A stretch of DNA of 17,609 nt from a virus (taxonomy: Duplodnaviria; Heunggongvirae; Uroviricota; Caudoviricetes): positions 1 to 17,609 of IMG/VR virus record IMGVR_UViG_2675903413_000002; one strand, 5' to 3'. How positions within the stretch are numbered: position 1 is the stretch's first letter; the number at the start of each line of letters is the position of its first letter. A program made the position numbers and the translations under genes. Positions 9,070 through 16,549 of the stretch are shown here, in pieces. The notes under the pieces were generated by a model that ran no database searches, was not told the origin of the DNA, and worked only from the letters and a program-made list of their open reading frames with translations.

Positions 9070-9085
9070 CTGTAAATATAAACAG
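9070..9085. promoter_or_regulatory. LexA (SOS) box CTGT-N8-ACAG
   Basis: TACTGTAAATATAAACAGTG (9068-9087) closely matches the LexA consensus TACTGTATATATATACAGTA; lies about 45 bp upstream of the small ORF/DinI-like pair and overlaps a TATACT -10-like hexamer. Confidence 0.6.
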
Positions 9086-9128
9086 TGATTATACATACAG
9101 TATTGCGTGTGGTGTCATAGGAGGAAAG

Positions 9129-9317
9129 ATGCAGGACTATTTTTTGGAGTCTTTGAAGCTCCAGCGCATTGATTTTTTTCTTAAGCTTGTAGCGGCTAGT
9201 GAGTGTAGTGATGAAGATAAGGGGCTGGCTCTGCAGTGGGTTTCTGAATTGACTGATGAACTCATGGCAAAAATCAGAACCCACGAATACAACCGCTCAA
9301 TGGATGTCATCAGCTGA
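9129..9317 (+). CDS. Small SOS-controlled protein, possible Tum-like antirepressor module
   Basis: 62-aa ORF from ATG 9129 with strong ribosome-binding site AGGAGGAAAG; the ORF-track start at 9027 is rejected; directly downstream of the LexA box and upstream of the DinI-like gene. Confidence 0.4.
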   Translation: MQDYFLESLKLQRIDFFLKLVAASECSDEDKGLALQWVSELTDELMAKIRTHEYNRSMDVIS

Positions 9318-9327
9318 GGTGACTTTT

Positions 9328-9561
9328 ATGCGCATTGAAATAATGATCGATAAAGAGCAGAAGATTAGCCAGTCTACCCTGGACGCCCTTGAATCCGAGC
9401 TTTACCGCAATCTGCGCTCCCTGTATCCCAAAACGGTAATTCGTATCCGCAAAGGTAGCTCTAACGGTGTGGAACTGACCGGACTGCAACAGGACGAAGA
9501 AAGAAAACAAGTGATGAAAATTATGCAGAAGGTGTGGGAAGACGACAGCTGGCTGCATTAA
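9328..9561 (+). CDS. DinI-family protein
   Basis: 77-aa ORF MRIEIMIDKEQ...VWEDDSWL, with the MRIE start and acidic WxxDxW-type C-terminus typical of DinI; ribosome-binding site GAGGTGA; ATG 9328 is in frame within ORF-track entry 9256..9561. Confidence 0.75.
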   Translation: MRIEIMIDKEQKISQSTLDALESELYRNLRSLYPKTVIRIRKGSSNGVELTGLQQDEERKQVMKIMQKVWEDDSWLH

Positions 9562-9696
9562 GAAACGTTGCTGGCGTCTGAACTTGCTTCTGGCGTCAGC
9601 AAGGTTGAACAACGAGCCCTTGCGAGGCGTTAGCTCTGTAGTGCATGTCTATGCCGCATGAGATCGCATGATCGTTTGAGGATCGTTTTTGCTAAG

Positions 9697-9722
9697 GCCC
9701 GCCAGAACTGGCGGGCTTTTGC
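9697..9722 (+). terminator. Rho-independent terminator
   Basis: GCCCGCC-agaactg-GCGGGC stem-loop followed by TTTTG; ends the LexA-controlled operon. Confidence 0.7.
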
Positions 9723-9765
9723 GTAGATCATGCAGGTGCATGAAAACCACTACATAAAGCGGGCA

Positions 9766-9784
9766 GGCGTGGCGGGGATACGAG
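9766..9784. other. cos-like sequence (candidate cohesive-end site)
   Basis: GGCGTGGCGGGGATACGAG: the first 13 nt match the 19-nt cohesive end of phage 186 as I recall it (GGCGTGGCGGGGAAAGCAT). From memory, not verified. Confidence 0.4.
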
Positions 9785-9811
9785 CGCGCGCTTAGCCATG
9801 AATCTGTGGAC

Positions 9812-9857
9812 TTGATGGTGAAGCTAAGGTAATTTGTATCAAAAAAAGCAGTACAAT
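9812..9857 (+). promoter_or_regulatory. Candidate promoter elements for the two-gene cassette
   Basis: TTGATG (9812-9817) with a weak TGTATC 17 bp downstream; alternatively a good -10 TACAAT at 9852-9857 with a poor -35. Neither is convincing alone. Confidence 0.2.
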
Positions 9858-9870
9858 AGGGATATATAGA

Positions 9871-10950
9871 GTGGCGTTATCAGATGCGTTAATTACAGTA
9901 AATCAAGCAGAACGGGGCGGTGAAAACGCGTTGAGAGGCTTTTCATATCAAGCCTCTTGGGGGATAAATTATTTACTTGAGAAACAAAAAGAAAAGGAGA
10001 AATATTTATTTCTATTTGAATATCATGACGATATTCTTGTATTGAATTCATCTGTTTCTCCGACTAGTGCTGAGTTTATCCAAGTTAAAACAAAAAAAGA
10101 TGGTAAATGGACACTCGCAGCAATAGTGAACGCAACAAAAGCTAAACCTAAATCATTTGTTGCAAAACTATATGACCATTTCTATCAATTCGTTGGTCAC
10201 GAAATTTATATGGTTCTGTTATCGAATGCTGGATTCGATTTCTTAAATGATAATAACGAAAAAGGTAGTGATCTTAATAATGAGCATAAGGAAATTATAA
10301 TTAGTAAGGTTCAAGAGCAGCTAAATACTAAAAAAGAAGTTCCTCTTGATAAAATAAAATTTAAAACATCTGATCTTAGTTTGTTAGATCCTAACTCACA
10401 TTTATACGGGAAAGTTGCAGTTTTTTTGAATTCTTACTTTGGGGATGATCATGGTATTAATTCAACAGCATTCACTAAATTATTAATCAATAAGTGTAAT
10501 GAGAAGGTTAGTGTTGCTTCTAGTGATATCAAAACTTTTGAAGATTTAGTACTAAAGAAAGGTATATCTTCAGAATTTGTAACTGATTTATTATCTGGAC
10601 TCATTGCAAGCATAAAAATAACGCCAAAATGGGAACAGGTTTGTATGTTGCTTGGTACTTTCTCAGATCCTTATGAGGGGATTAAATTACAATCAGTTTT
10701 TACACGCATATCAATAAAAGTGCTCAATGTCAATTCAATATACTATCTTTATTTTCTGGAATTTCAATCGGCTCTAAAGAGTATAGAGCATTATCGTGAG
10801 ATACCTGTTCGAGACCTCTTCTTTACACTCGAAAAAACAATTGCAGCGGGGGACGGGGATTTCTCTTTATTAAATCAAGAAGAGAAATTTATGATTGCTA
10901 TATATGCAATTATAAAGTTGACTTTTGAGGATGTTTCTTATGAAGAATAA
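9871..10950 (+). CDS. Putative defence effector: DUF4297/Cap4-like PD-(D/E)xK nuclease N-terminal domain with a C-terminal domain of unknown function (LmuA-like)
   Basis: 359-aa ORF with GTG start and TAGGGA Shine-Dalgarno-like sequence; N-terminal RGFSYQASWGINYLL motif followed by EYHDDILVL...EFIQVKTKK (Asp53/Asp54, Glu68, Gln71-x-Lys73) resembling a PD-(D/E)xK core; strongly AT-rich; sits between the cos-like site and the portal remnant. Confidence 0.65.
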   Translation: MALSDALITVNQAERGGENALRGFSYQASWGINYLLEKQKEKEKYLFLFEYHDDILVLNSSVSPTSAEFIQVKTKKDGKWTLAAIVNATKAKPKSFVAKLYDHFYQFVGHEIYMVLLSNAGFDFLNDNNEKGSDLNNEHKEIIISKVQEQLNTKKEVPLDKIKFKTSDLSLLDPNSHLYGKVAVFLNSYFGDDHGINSTAFTKLLINKCNEKVSVASSDIKTFEDLVLKKGISSEFVTDLLSGLIASIKITPKWEQVCMLLGTFSDPYEGIKLQSVFTRISIKVLNVNSIYYLYFLEFQSALKSIEHYREIPVRDLFFTLEKTIAAGDGDFSLLNQEEKFMIAIYAIIKLTFEDVSYEE

Positions 10951-12598
10951 CGTTAAATTTAAAAATATAAAAATACTCTCATTAAGAGACAGAAAAGCTT
11001 TTTCTTATGAGTTTTCAGAAGGGGTTAACTTCATATATGGTACAAATGATGTTGGTAAATCAAGCCTGATTAAAAGTCTTTATTACACATTAGGTGGAGA
11101 TTTAAGGCTTGATGATGCTTGGAAATCAGATGATATAGTTACACTGGTGGAAATTAATAACGGGGAAAGTGATTTTATTTTTTTGCGTTATAAAAAGATT
11201 ATTGGTGTCTTTGATTTGAAGAATGATGATCTAGTCGTGTATAACACGATTTCGTCATTAGCATCTCGTGTTTCAAATATATTTGGTTTTAAACTGGAAT
11301 TACATAATAAATATACGGGTGCTACGACTCAGGCAAACCCTGCTTGTTTGTTTGCCCCATTCTTTATTGATCAGGATGAAGGATGGAAAGCGGTGATAAA
11401 TTCTTTCGAAAACATGAGTATGTACTCAGAATGGCAAAAAAACATTCTTTACTATCACTCTGGAATTAAGCCAAAGGAATATTACACAGTTCAAGGGAAA
11501 ATCAAAGAAGTTAAAGTTAAAATTTCAGAGTTAGATGGTTTTGTTAAGGTTCTAAAAAGAAGCAAAAGTAAGATTGATGAATCTTTTGGTGTGGTTTTAT
11601 TTGATGTTGATTTGGATTTTTATAAATCAAAGTTAGAACGTATATTAAATGAATATTCTAATTTGAATTTAGTTCAGACAGAATATAGATTGAATCTTTT
11701 GAGGTTATATTCTAGGAAGAATTTCCTTGAGAGTGAACTCAAAGAGATAACTGCGATTATTGATAATGAATTTGAGATTTCGAATTTTCGAGATGATAAT
11801 GTTGCTTATTCAGTAAATGAATATAATTATATAAACCATAGAGATGAAATGCTCAAAAACATTGCTGTTCTTGCAGATGAGAAAAGCAAGATTGAGGAAA
11901 ATATTCCTAAATTGAATCAAAAGCTAGAAGAGTCAAGGGCTGCTTCAGAGGCGTTGCAGGCGCTGATTTTAGAAACTCAATCGGAAATAACGCTTCATGA
12001 TGTTATTAAATCTGCTGCATACCATGAAATTGAATCTACTTTTGTTTCACAGTTAGATGAGTTATTCGTTGAGATTGGTCGAAAAGAAGGCGAGTTGACA
12101 GAATTACAAGAAGAATTAGAAGTATACAATGATAAGAAAAGAACTGTTAAAATAAATGACTGTTTCAAAGAGTATTTCGCTAAAGCTCTTAAAGAGCTTG
12201 GTGTCGAAAATACAAAGGTAGGTGGCCTTAGTAGTTATAATAATATTACTAAGGGTAAGACTGGTAGTCGAGGTCCTCGAGGTATATTTGCATTTCACTA
12301 CGCGCTACTTAGTGTTATGAAAAGCAACTCTTCAGTTGAGAATATGCCTATAGTAATAGACTCTCCAAAGCAACAAGATTTGGATCCAGAGCATACGCAT
12401 AAGCTTATAAAACTATGCTTGGATGGGTTTTCCCTTACAAATCAGATTATTATTGGCACTGTTGGTTATGAGAGTTTCATGGATGGTTTTAATAGCATCA
12501 AACTTGAAAATAAATATCATCTTTTAAATGATGAACATTATGATAATGTTTATTCTCAATTAATGCCATTGTTTGAACGGGTGATACTTTCAAGATGA
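10940..12598 (+). CDS. SMC/Rad50-like coiled-coil ATPase (LmuB-like)
   Basis: About 552 aa from ATG 10940 (ribosome-binding site GAGGAT 7 nt upstream; overlaps the upstream stop by 11 nt). Walker A GTNDVGKSS (nt 11039-11065); long Glu/Lys/Leu-rich coiled-coil middle; C-terminal Walker B-like MPIVIDSPKQQD (nt about 12344-12379). Confidence 0.75.
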   Translation: MKNNVKFKNIKILSLRDRKAFSYEFSEGVNFIYGTNDVGKSSLIKSLYYTLGGDLRLDDAWKSDDIVTLVEINNGESDFIFLRYKKIIGVFDLKNDDLVVYNTISSLASRVSNIFGFKLELHNKYTGATTQANPACLFAPFFIDQDEGWKAVINSFENMSMYSEWQKNILYYHSGIKPKEYYTVQGKIKEVKVKISELDGFVKVLKRSKSKIDESFGVVLFDVDLDFYKSKLERILNEYSNLNLVQTEYRLNLLRLYSRKNFLESELKEITAIIDNEFEISNFRDDNVAYSVNEYNYINHRDEMLKNIAVLADEKSKIEENIPKLNQKLEESRAASEALQALILETQSEITLHDVIKSAAYHEIESTFVSQLDELFVEIGRKEGELTELQEELEVYNDKKRTVKINDCFKEYFAKALKELGVENTKVGGLSSYNNITKGKTGSRGPRGIFAFHYALLSVMKSNSSVENMPIVIDSPKQQDLDPEHTHKLIKLCLDGFSLTNQIIIGTVGYESFMDGFNSIKLENKYHLLNDEHYDNVYSQLMPLFERVILSR

Positions 12599-12604
12599 AA
12601 ATAT

Positions 12605-12622
12605 GGCCTCAGAAATGAGGCC
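12605..12622. terminator. Stem-loop GGCCTCA-gaaa-TGAGGCC between the convergent cassette and portal remnant
   Basis: Perfect 7-bp stem; on the minus strand it is followed by AUAUUUUC, so it could terminate the leftward portal transcript; it may also insulate the cassette 3' end. Confidence 0.5.
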
Positions 12623-12638
12623 GACTAAATTATCTTAA

Positions 12639-13148
12639 TTAAATTTTTAGTTCGTAGGTTGAAAAATTTATAATTCTATCGTTTAACCAATTATTTATTT
12701 CTAGAAACATTTTTTGTAGAGGCAGTAGCTCATTTCGTACAAATACTGTGCTTGCCTTTTCGATATCCCCAAACCCCCCGACATTATTAGGCATTATCCC
12801 CATCATTTGTGGCGGCACACGATGCGCCGCCATCATGTCGTCCCGGCTCACGTTCTTGATATTCAGGAACTCATCCTTCGCCGCCACTTCTGACAACGGG
12901 ATAATCTGAAGCCCGTCCTTTTTACCGTTAGGCGAGTACATAAACAGGTTACGGAAGTTACCAGGACCTTTGGCGCTTTTCATCGCATTGCGGAGGTTGT
13001 TCACATCCTCCTGGTTCTGCGCAGCATCGGTCATGTACATGATGAAGCCTGCATGACTGCCGTTAATGTAATACTTGCGGCGGAACAGCGTGGCGGACTC
13101 GTTGAGCAGAGCTGACGGAATGGCAGAAAGATAGGTGCTCTGCTCAGT
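12639..13148 (-). pseudogene. Q: Portal protein (gpQ-like) C-terminal fragment; 5' part of the gene deleted
   Basis: Only about the last 170 codons of the minus-strand ORF look portal-like (…HRVPPQMMGIMPNNVGGFGDIEKAS…). The ORF-track upstream extension to 13565 is the antisense strand of the tape-measure fragment and is rejected. Confidence 0.5.
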
Positions 13149-13160
13149 CCGATAGGTCTT

Positions 13161-14051
13161 GTGGTTACTGCACTGGCGGGCGTGGCGCTGGTTGTCTGGA
13201 AATACTGGCAACCCATCACCGCATTTCTCGCTGGTGTGGTGGAAGGATTCAAAGCGGCGGCAGGTCCCATCAGTGCAGCATTCGAACCACTTAAGCCTGT
13301 GTTTCAGTGGATTGGCGACAAAGTGCAGGCGTTGTGGGGCTGGTTTACTGATCTGCTGACGCCCGTTAAGTCGACCTCTGCCGAACTGCAGAGCGCAGCG
13401 GCAATGGGGCGACGATTCGGGGAGGCACTGGCGGAAGGGCTGAATATGGTCATGCATCCGCTGGACTCCCTGAAATCCAGCGTTTCCTGGTTGCTGGAAA
13501 AACTCGGCATTGTCAGTAAAGAGGCTGCAAAGGCGAAACTGCCGGAAAGAGTGACGCGTCAGCAACCTGCGACGGTGAATGCAGACGGTAAAGTGATGAT
13601 GCCATCGGGTGGTTTTCCGTCATGGGGATATGGCTTTGCGGGGATGTATGACAGCGGCGGCTATATCCCGCGCGGGCAGTTTGGCATCGTCGGTGAAAAC
13701 GGGCCGGAAATTGTTAACGGCCCGGCAAATGTGACCAGCCGGAGAAATACAGCTGCACTGGCTGCCGTTGTTGCCGGAATGATGGGCGTTGCTGCCGCGC
13801 CTGCAGAGCTTCCACCGTTGCATCCTTTGGCACTTCCCGCGAAAGGCGGCGAAGCGATGGTGAGTCGTGCAGCCACTGTGCCGCCCGTTCACCGGATTGA
13901 GGCACCGACGCAGATCATCATTCAGACGCAGCCAGGACAAAGTGCGCAGGATATTGCGCGGGAGGTGGCACGCCAGCTTGATGAACGTGAACGCAGGCTG
14001 AAGGCAAAAGCCAGGAGTAACTACAGCGATCAGGGGGGATACGACGCATGA
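13161..14051 (+). pseudogene. T: Tail tape-measure protein (gpT-like) C-terminal fragment
   Basis: 296-aa ORF rich in Ala/Gly with a …GIVGENGPEIVNGPANVT… segment typical of tape-measure C-termini; far shorter than the about 800 aa expected; directly followed by U and D as in P2; abuts the portal fragment with no intervening structural genes. Confidence 0.55.
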
Positions 14052-14533
14052 TGATGGTGCTGGGATTGTACGTGTTTATGCTGAGCACCGTTCCGTATCA
14101 GGAACTGCAGTATCAACGCAGCTGGCGACATGCGGCAAACAGCCGGGTAAACCGTCGTCCGTCCACGCAGTTTCTGGGACCGGACAACGACATGCTGACG
14201 CTTTCTGGTGTTCTTATGCCGGAGATAACGGGCGGCAGGCTGTCGTTGCTGGCTCTGGAGCAGATGGCAGAACAGGGAAAAGCATGGCCCCTGATTGAAG
14301 GCAGCGGCACGATTTACGGCATGTATGTGATTGAGGGACTGAATCAGACTAAAACGGAGTTTTTCCGCGATGGTATGCCGCGCCGGATTGAGTTTACCCT
14401 GTCGCTCAAACGTGTGGATGAATCCCTGTCCGATATGTTCGGTGATCTCAGTGCGCAGCTGAATAATTTGCAGGATACGGCAACGTCTGCCTTAAGCGAT
14501 ATCAGTAAAACGGTGGGAGGGCTGCTGTCGTGA
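14048..14533 (+). CDS. U: Tail protein gpU-like
   Basis: 161-aa ORF, start overlapping the T stop (ATGA); position and size match P2 gpU between T and D. Confidence 0.7.
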   Translation: MMMVLGLYVFMLSTVPYQELQYQRSWRHAANSRVNRRPSTQFLGPDNDMLTLSGVLMPEITGGRLSLLALEQMAEQGKAWPLIEGSGTIYGMYVIEGLNQTKTEFFRDGMPRRIEFTLSLKRVDESLSDMFGDLSAQLNNLQDTATSALSDISKTVGGLLS

Positions 14534-15630
14534 ATTTCAGCTCTGAACTGCTTAACAAAGGCAACAAAACTCCCGCATTCAGCATCAGTATTGAGGGGAA
14601 GGATATCACCACTGTGCTGGATAACCGCCTGATGAGTCTGACGTTGACGGACAATCGGGGCTTTGAAGCAGACCAGCTTGATCTGGAGCTGGACGACGCC
14701 GACGGAAAAATCGTGCTGCCGCGCCGTGGTGCGGTCATCACGCTGGCGCTGGGCTGGAAGGGGCAGCCGCTTTTCCCGAAAGGGGCATTCACGGTGGACG
14801 AGATTGAACACACTGGCGCACCGGATCGCCTGACTATCCGGGCGCGAAGTGCTGATTTTAGGGAAACGCTGAATACCCGCCGTGAAAAATCGTGGCACAA
14901 GACCACCGTCGGGGAAGTGGTGAAGGAAATAGCCGCGCGGCACAAGCTGAAGATGGCACTGGGTAAAGACCTGTCGGATAAGCCCGTGGAACATATAGAC
15001 CAGACCAATGAGAGTGACGGCAGTTTTCTGATGCGGCTGGCGCGCCAGTACGGTGCTATTGCGTCGGTGAAAAATGGCAATCTGTTATTCATCCGGCAGG
15101 GACAGGGCAAAAGCGCCAGCGGTAAACCTCTGCCGGTGATCACTATCACACGCAAGGACGGCGACAGTCACCGCTTTACCCTGGCAGATCGCGGAGCCTA
15201 TACGGGGGTAATTGCCAGTTGGTTGCATACCCGCGAACCCGTGAAGAAAGAAAGCACCACGGTGAAGCGTAAGCGCAGGACCGCAAAGCAGAAGAAAGAG
15301 CCGGAAGCGAAGCAGGGCGATTACCTGGTGGGTACGGATGAAAACGTGCTGGTACTTAATCGCACTTATGCCAACCGGAACAACGCTGAACGGGCAGCGA
15401 AAATGCAGTGGGAACGCCTGCAACGCGGCGTTGCGTCATTCTCGCTACAACTGGCGGAAGGTCGGGCAGATCTCTACACGGAAATGCCAGTGAAAGTCAG
15501 TGGCTTTAAACAGCCGATAGATGATGCGGAATGGACCATTACGACTCTGACACATACCGTCAGCCCGGATAACGGTTTTACAACCAGTATTGAACTCGAA
15601 GTGAAGATTGATGATCTTGAAATGGAATAA
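14530..15630 (+). CDS. D: Tail protein gpD-like
   Basis: 366-aa ORF with GTG start overlapping the U stop (GTGA); located immediately upstream of ogr as in P2. Confidence 0.7.
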   Translation: MNFSSELLNKGNKTPAFSISIEGKDITTVLDNRLMSLTLTDNRGFEADQLDLELDDADGKIVLPRRGAVITLALGWKGQPLFPKGAFTVDEIEHTGAPDRLTIRARSADFRETLNTRREKSWHKTTVGEVVKEIAARHKLKMALGKDLSDKPVEHIDQTNESDGSFLMRLARQYGAIASVKNGNLLFIRQGQGKSASGKPLPVITITRKDGDSHRFTLADRGAYTGVIASWLHTREPVKKESTTVKRKRRTAKQKKEPEAKQGDYLVGTDENVLVLNRTYANRNNAERAAKMQWERLQRGVASFSLQLAEGRADLYTEMPVKVSGFKQPIDDAEWTITTLTHTVSPDNGFTTSIELEVKIDDLEME

Positions 15631-15698
15631 TGTGTTCTCAATATTGATATTTTGTGTATCATTACAATGATTCTGATAGCAAAGGTAGGGATCTGGAT

Positions 15699-15917
15699 AT
15701 GATGAATTGTCCGAAGTGTGGTCATGCGGCGCACACAAGGAGCAGTTTTCAAGTAACAGAAAGCACCAAAGAGCGTTACTGCCAGTGCCAAAATATTAAC
15801 TGCGGGAGCACTTTTGTTACCCATGAAACAGTGGTCCGGTTTATTGTGACACCTGCATTGATTGCTACAGCCCCTCCACATCCATTGCCAGGTGGTCAGG
15901 GGCATATGAATTTTTGA
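15699..15917 (+). CDS. ogr: Ogr/Delta-family zinc-finger late-gene transcription activator
   Basis: 72-aa ORF MMNCPKCGHAAHTRSS...KERYCQCQNINCGSTF...PHPLPGGQ, matching the P2 Ogr zinc-finger pattern (CxxC...CxC...C) and length; ribosome-binding site GGTAGGG 8 nt upstream; the ORF-track start at 15654 is rejected. Confidence 0.85.
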   Translation: MMNCPKCGHAAHTRSSFQVTESTKERYCQCQNINCGSTFVTHETVVRFIVTPALIATAPPHPLPGGQGHMNF

Positions 15918-15923
15918 GAAAGA

Positions 15924-15943
15924 GAACCTGCTACGGCAGGTTT
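15924..15943. terminator. Hairpin AACCTGC-tacg-GCAGGTT followed by TTTTTATT (ogr terminator; overlaps candidate attR core)
   Basis: 7-bp stem with 4-nt loop and T-tract on the plus strand, 7 nt after the ogr stop; the stop of the convergent minus-strand gene (15944-15946) lies inside the T-tract. Confidence 0.55.
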
Positions 15944-16426
15944 TTATTCATCTGGGATCTCACCCGTTTCAAGAAAATGTATAAAGCCAGGCTCATCTAT
16001 GATGATTGTGCCTTTCATCCTGGCTGCCGATACTTTTGATGGGCCTGCATTGTAACCGCAACAGAGCATCTGAAGGCTTTGGGTTACAGAGGTTCTTACC
16101 GTTAATCCTTGTTCATTCGCCTTATCAACCAATCTTTCTTTATCTGCTTTCTTAAATCCGGTGAAGCACACATCGAATGTATTTTTTTTCGGACCAGACT
16201 GCTTAGTGAGATGTGAGTAGTTTTCGGGGAGGAATGACGCGCATTCCTGAATGGCTTGTTCTGGTGAATCGTACTGTTTAAGAATGCGGTCTTTTCGGAA
16301 GGTTTTTATTCGATCGGTGTTCTTACAAATGCCCTGTATATGATTTTCGCTATAACTGATGCTCTGTATTGAGTGAACACCGATACGACCATTTGCATTG
16401 ATGTAAACAAAGTGAAGTTCTTCCAT
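15944..16426 (-). CDS. WYL-like N-terminal domain / BRCT C-terminal domain protein
   Basis: 160-aa ORF with ribosome-binding site AAGAGG. C-terminal FDVCFTGFKKADKERLVDKANEQGLTV...NAGPSKVSAARMKGTIIIDEPGF resembles the BRCT domain of NAD-dependent DNA ligase; N-terminal …RIKTFRKDRIL… resembles the WYL motif. Confidence 0.6.
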   Translation of the reverse strand: MEELHFVYINANGRIGVHSIQSISYSENHIQGICKNTDRIKTFRKDRILKQYDSPEQAIQECASFLPENYSHLTKQSGPKKNTFDVCFTGFKKADKERLVDKANEQGLTVRTSVTQSLQMLCCGYNAGPSKVSAARMKGTIIIDEPGFIHFLETGEIPDE

Positions 16427-16510
16427 GTGAAACCTCTTTGCATGATTTCAAGATGGCGACAGGCAAGATGGACGCAAAAGTCTGTCGCCATTTTGCCGCC
16501 ACTACCAAAG

Positions 16511-16539
16511 AAAAAGGGGCTACGCTTTCACGTAACCCC
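16511..16539 (-). terminator. Rho-independent terminator of ssrA
   Basis: On the minus strand: GGGGUUACG-UGAAAG-CGUAGCCCC (9-bp stem with one G-U pair) followed by UUUUUC, just 3' of the tmRNA CCA end. Confidence 0.7.
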
Positions 16540-16549
16540 TTGATTTATT

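Larger units (their letters stand above)
2048..15932. mobile_element. Defective P2/186-like prophage remnant (late morphogenesis genes deleted); boundaries tentative
   Basis: Gene order int-cI-apl-cII-...-A-(LexA box)-DinI-cos-like-cassette-portal remnant-tape measure remnant-U-D-ogr matches the P2/186 prophage map. Imperfect repeat TGAGAA(N4-5)AACCTGCT at 2048-2068 and 15912-15932 sits just beyond the int 3' end and just after ogr, where attL/attR are expected. Confidence 0.5.

Noticed and set aside
9027-9128. Upstream start at 9027 for the small SOS-controlled ORF
   Set aside because: It would place the LexA box and promoter inside the coding region; ATG 9129 has a strong AGGAGG ribosome-binding site.
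9561-9870. Retron-type ncRNA or CRISPR array in the intergenic region before the cassette
   Set aside because: No reverse-transcriptase gene, no regularly spaced repeats; the region is explained by a terminator, the cos-like site and promoter-like elements.
13149-13565. 5' extension of the minus-strand ORF 12639..13565
   Set aside because: This part is the antisense reading of the GC-rich tape-measure fragment (Arg/Cys-rich nonsense); only the 3' portal-like portion is credible.
14344-15155. Minus-strand ORFs 14344..14994 and 14502..15155, and others (15085..15423, 15445..15738, 15474..15905)
   Set aside because: Antisense to the U, D and ogr genes; Arg/Ser/Pro-rich low-complexity translations without start signals.
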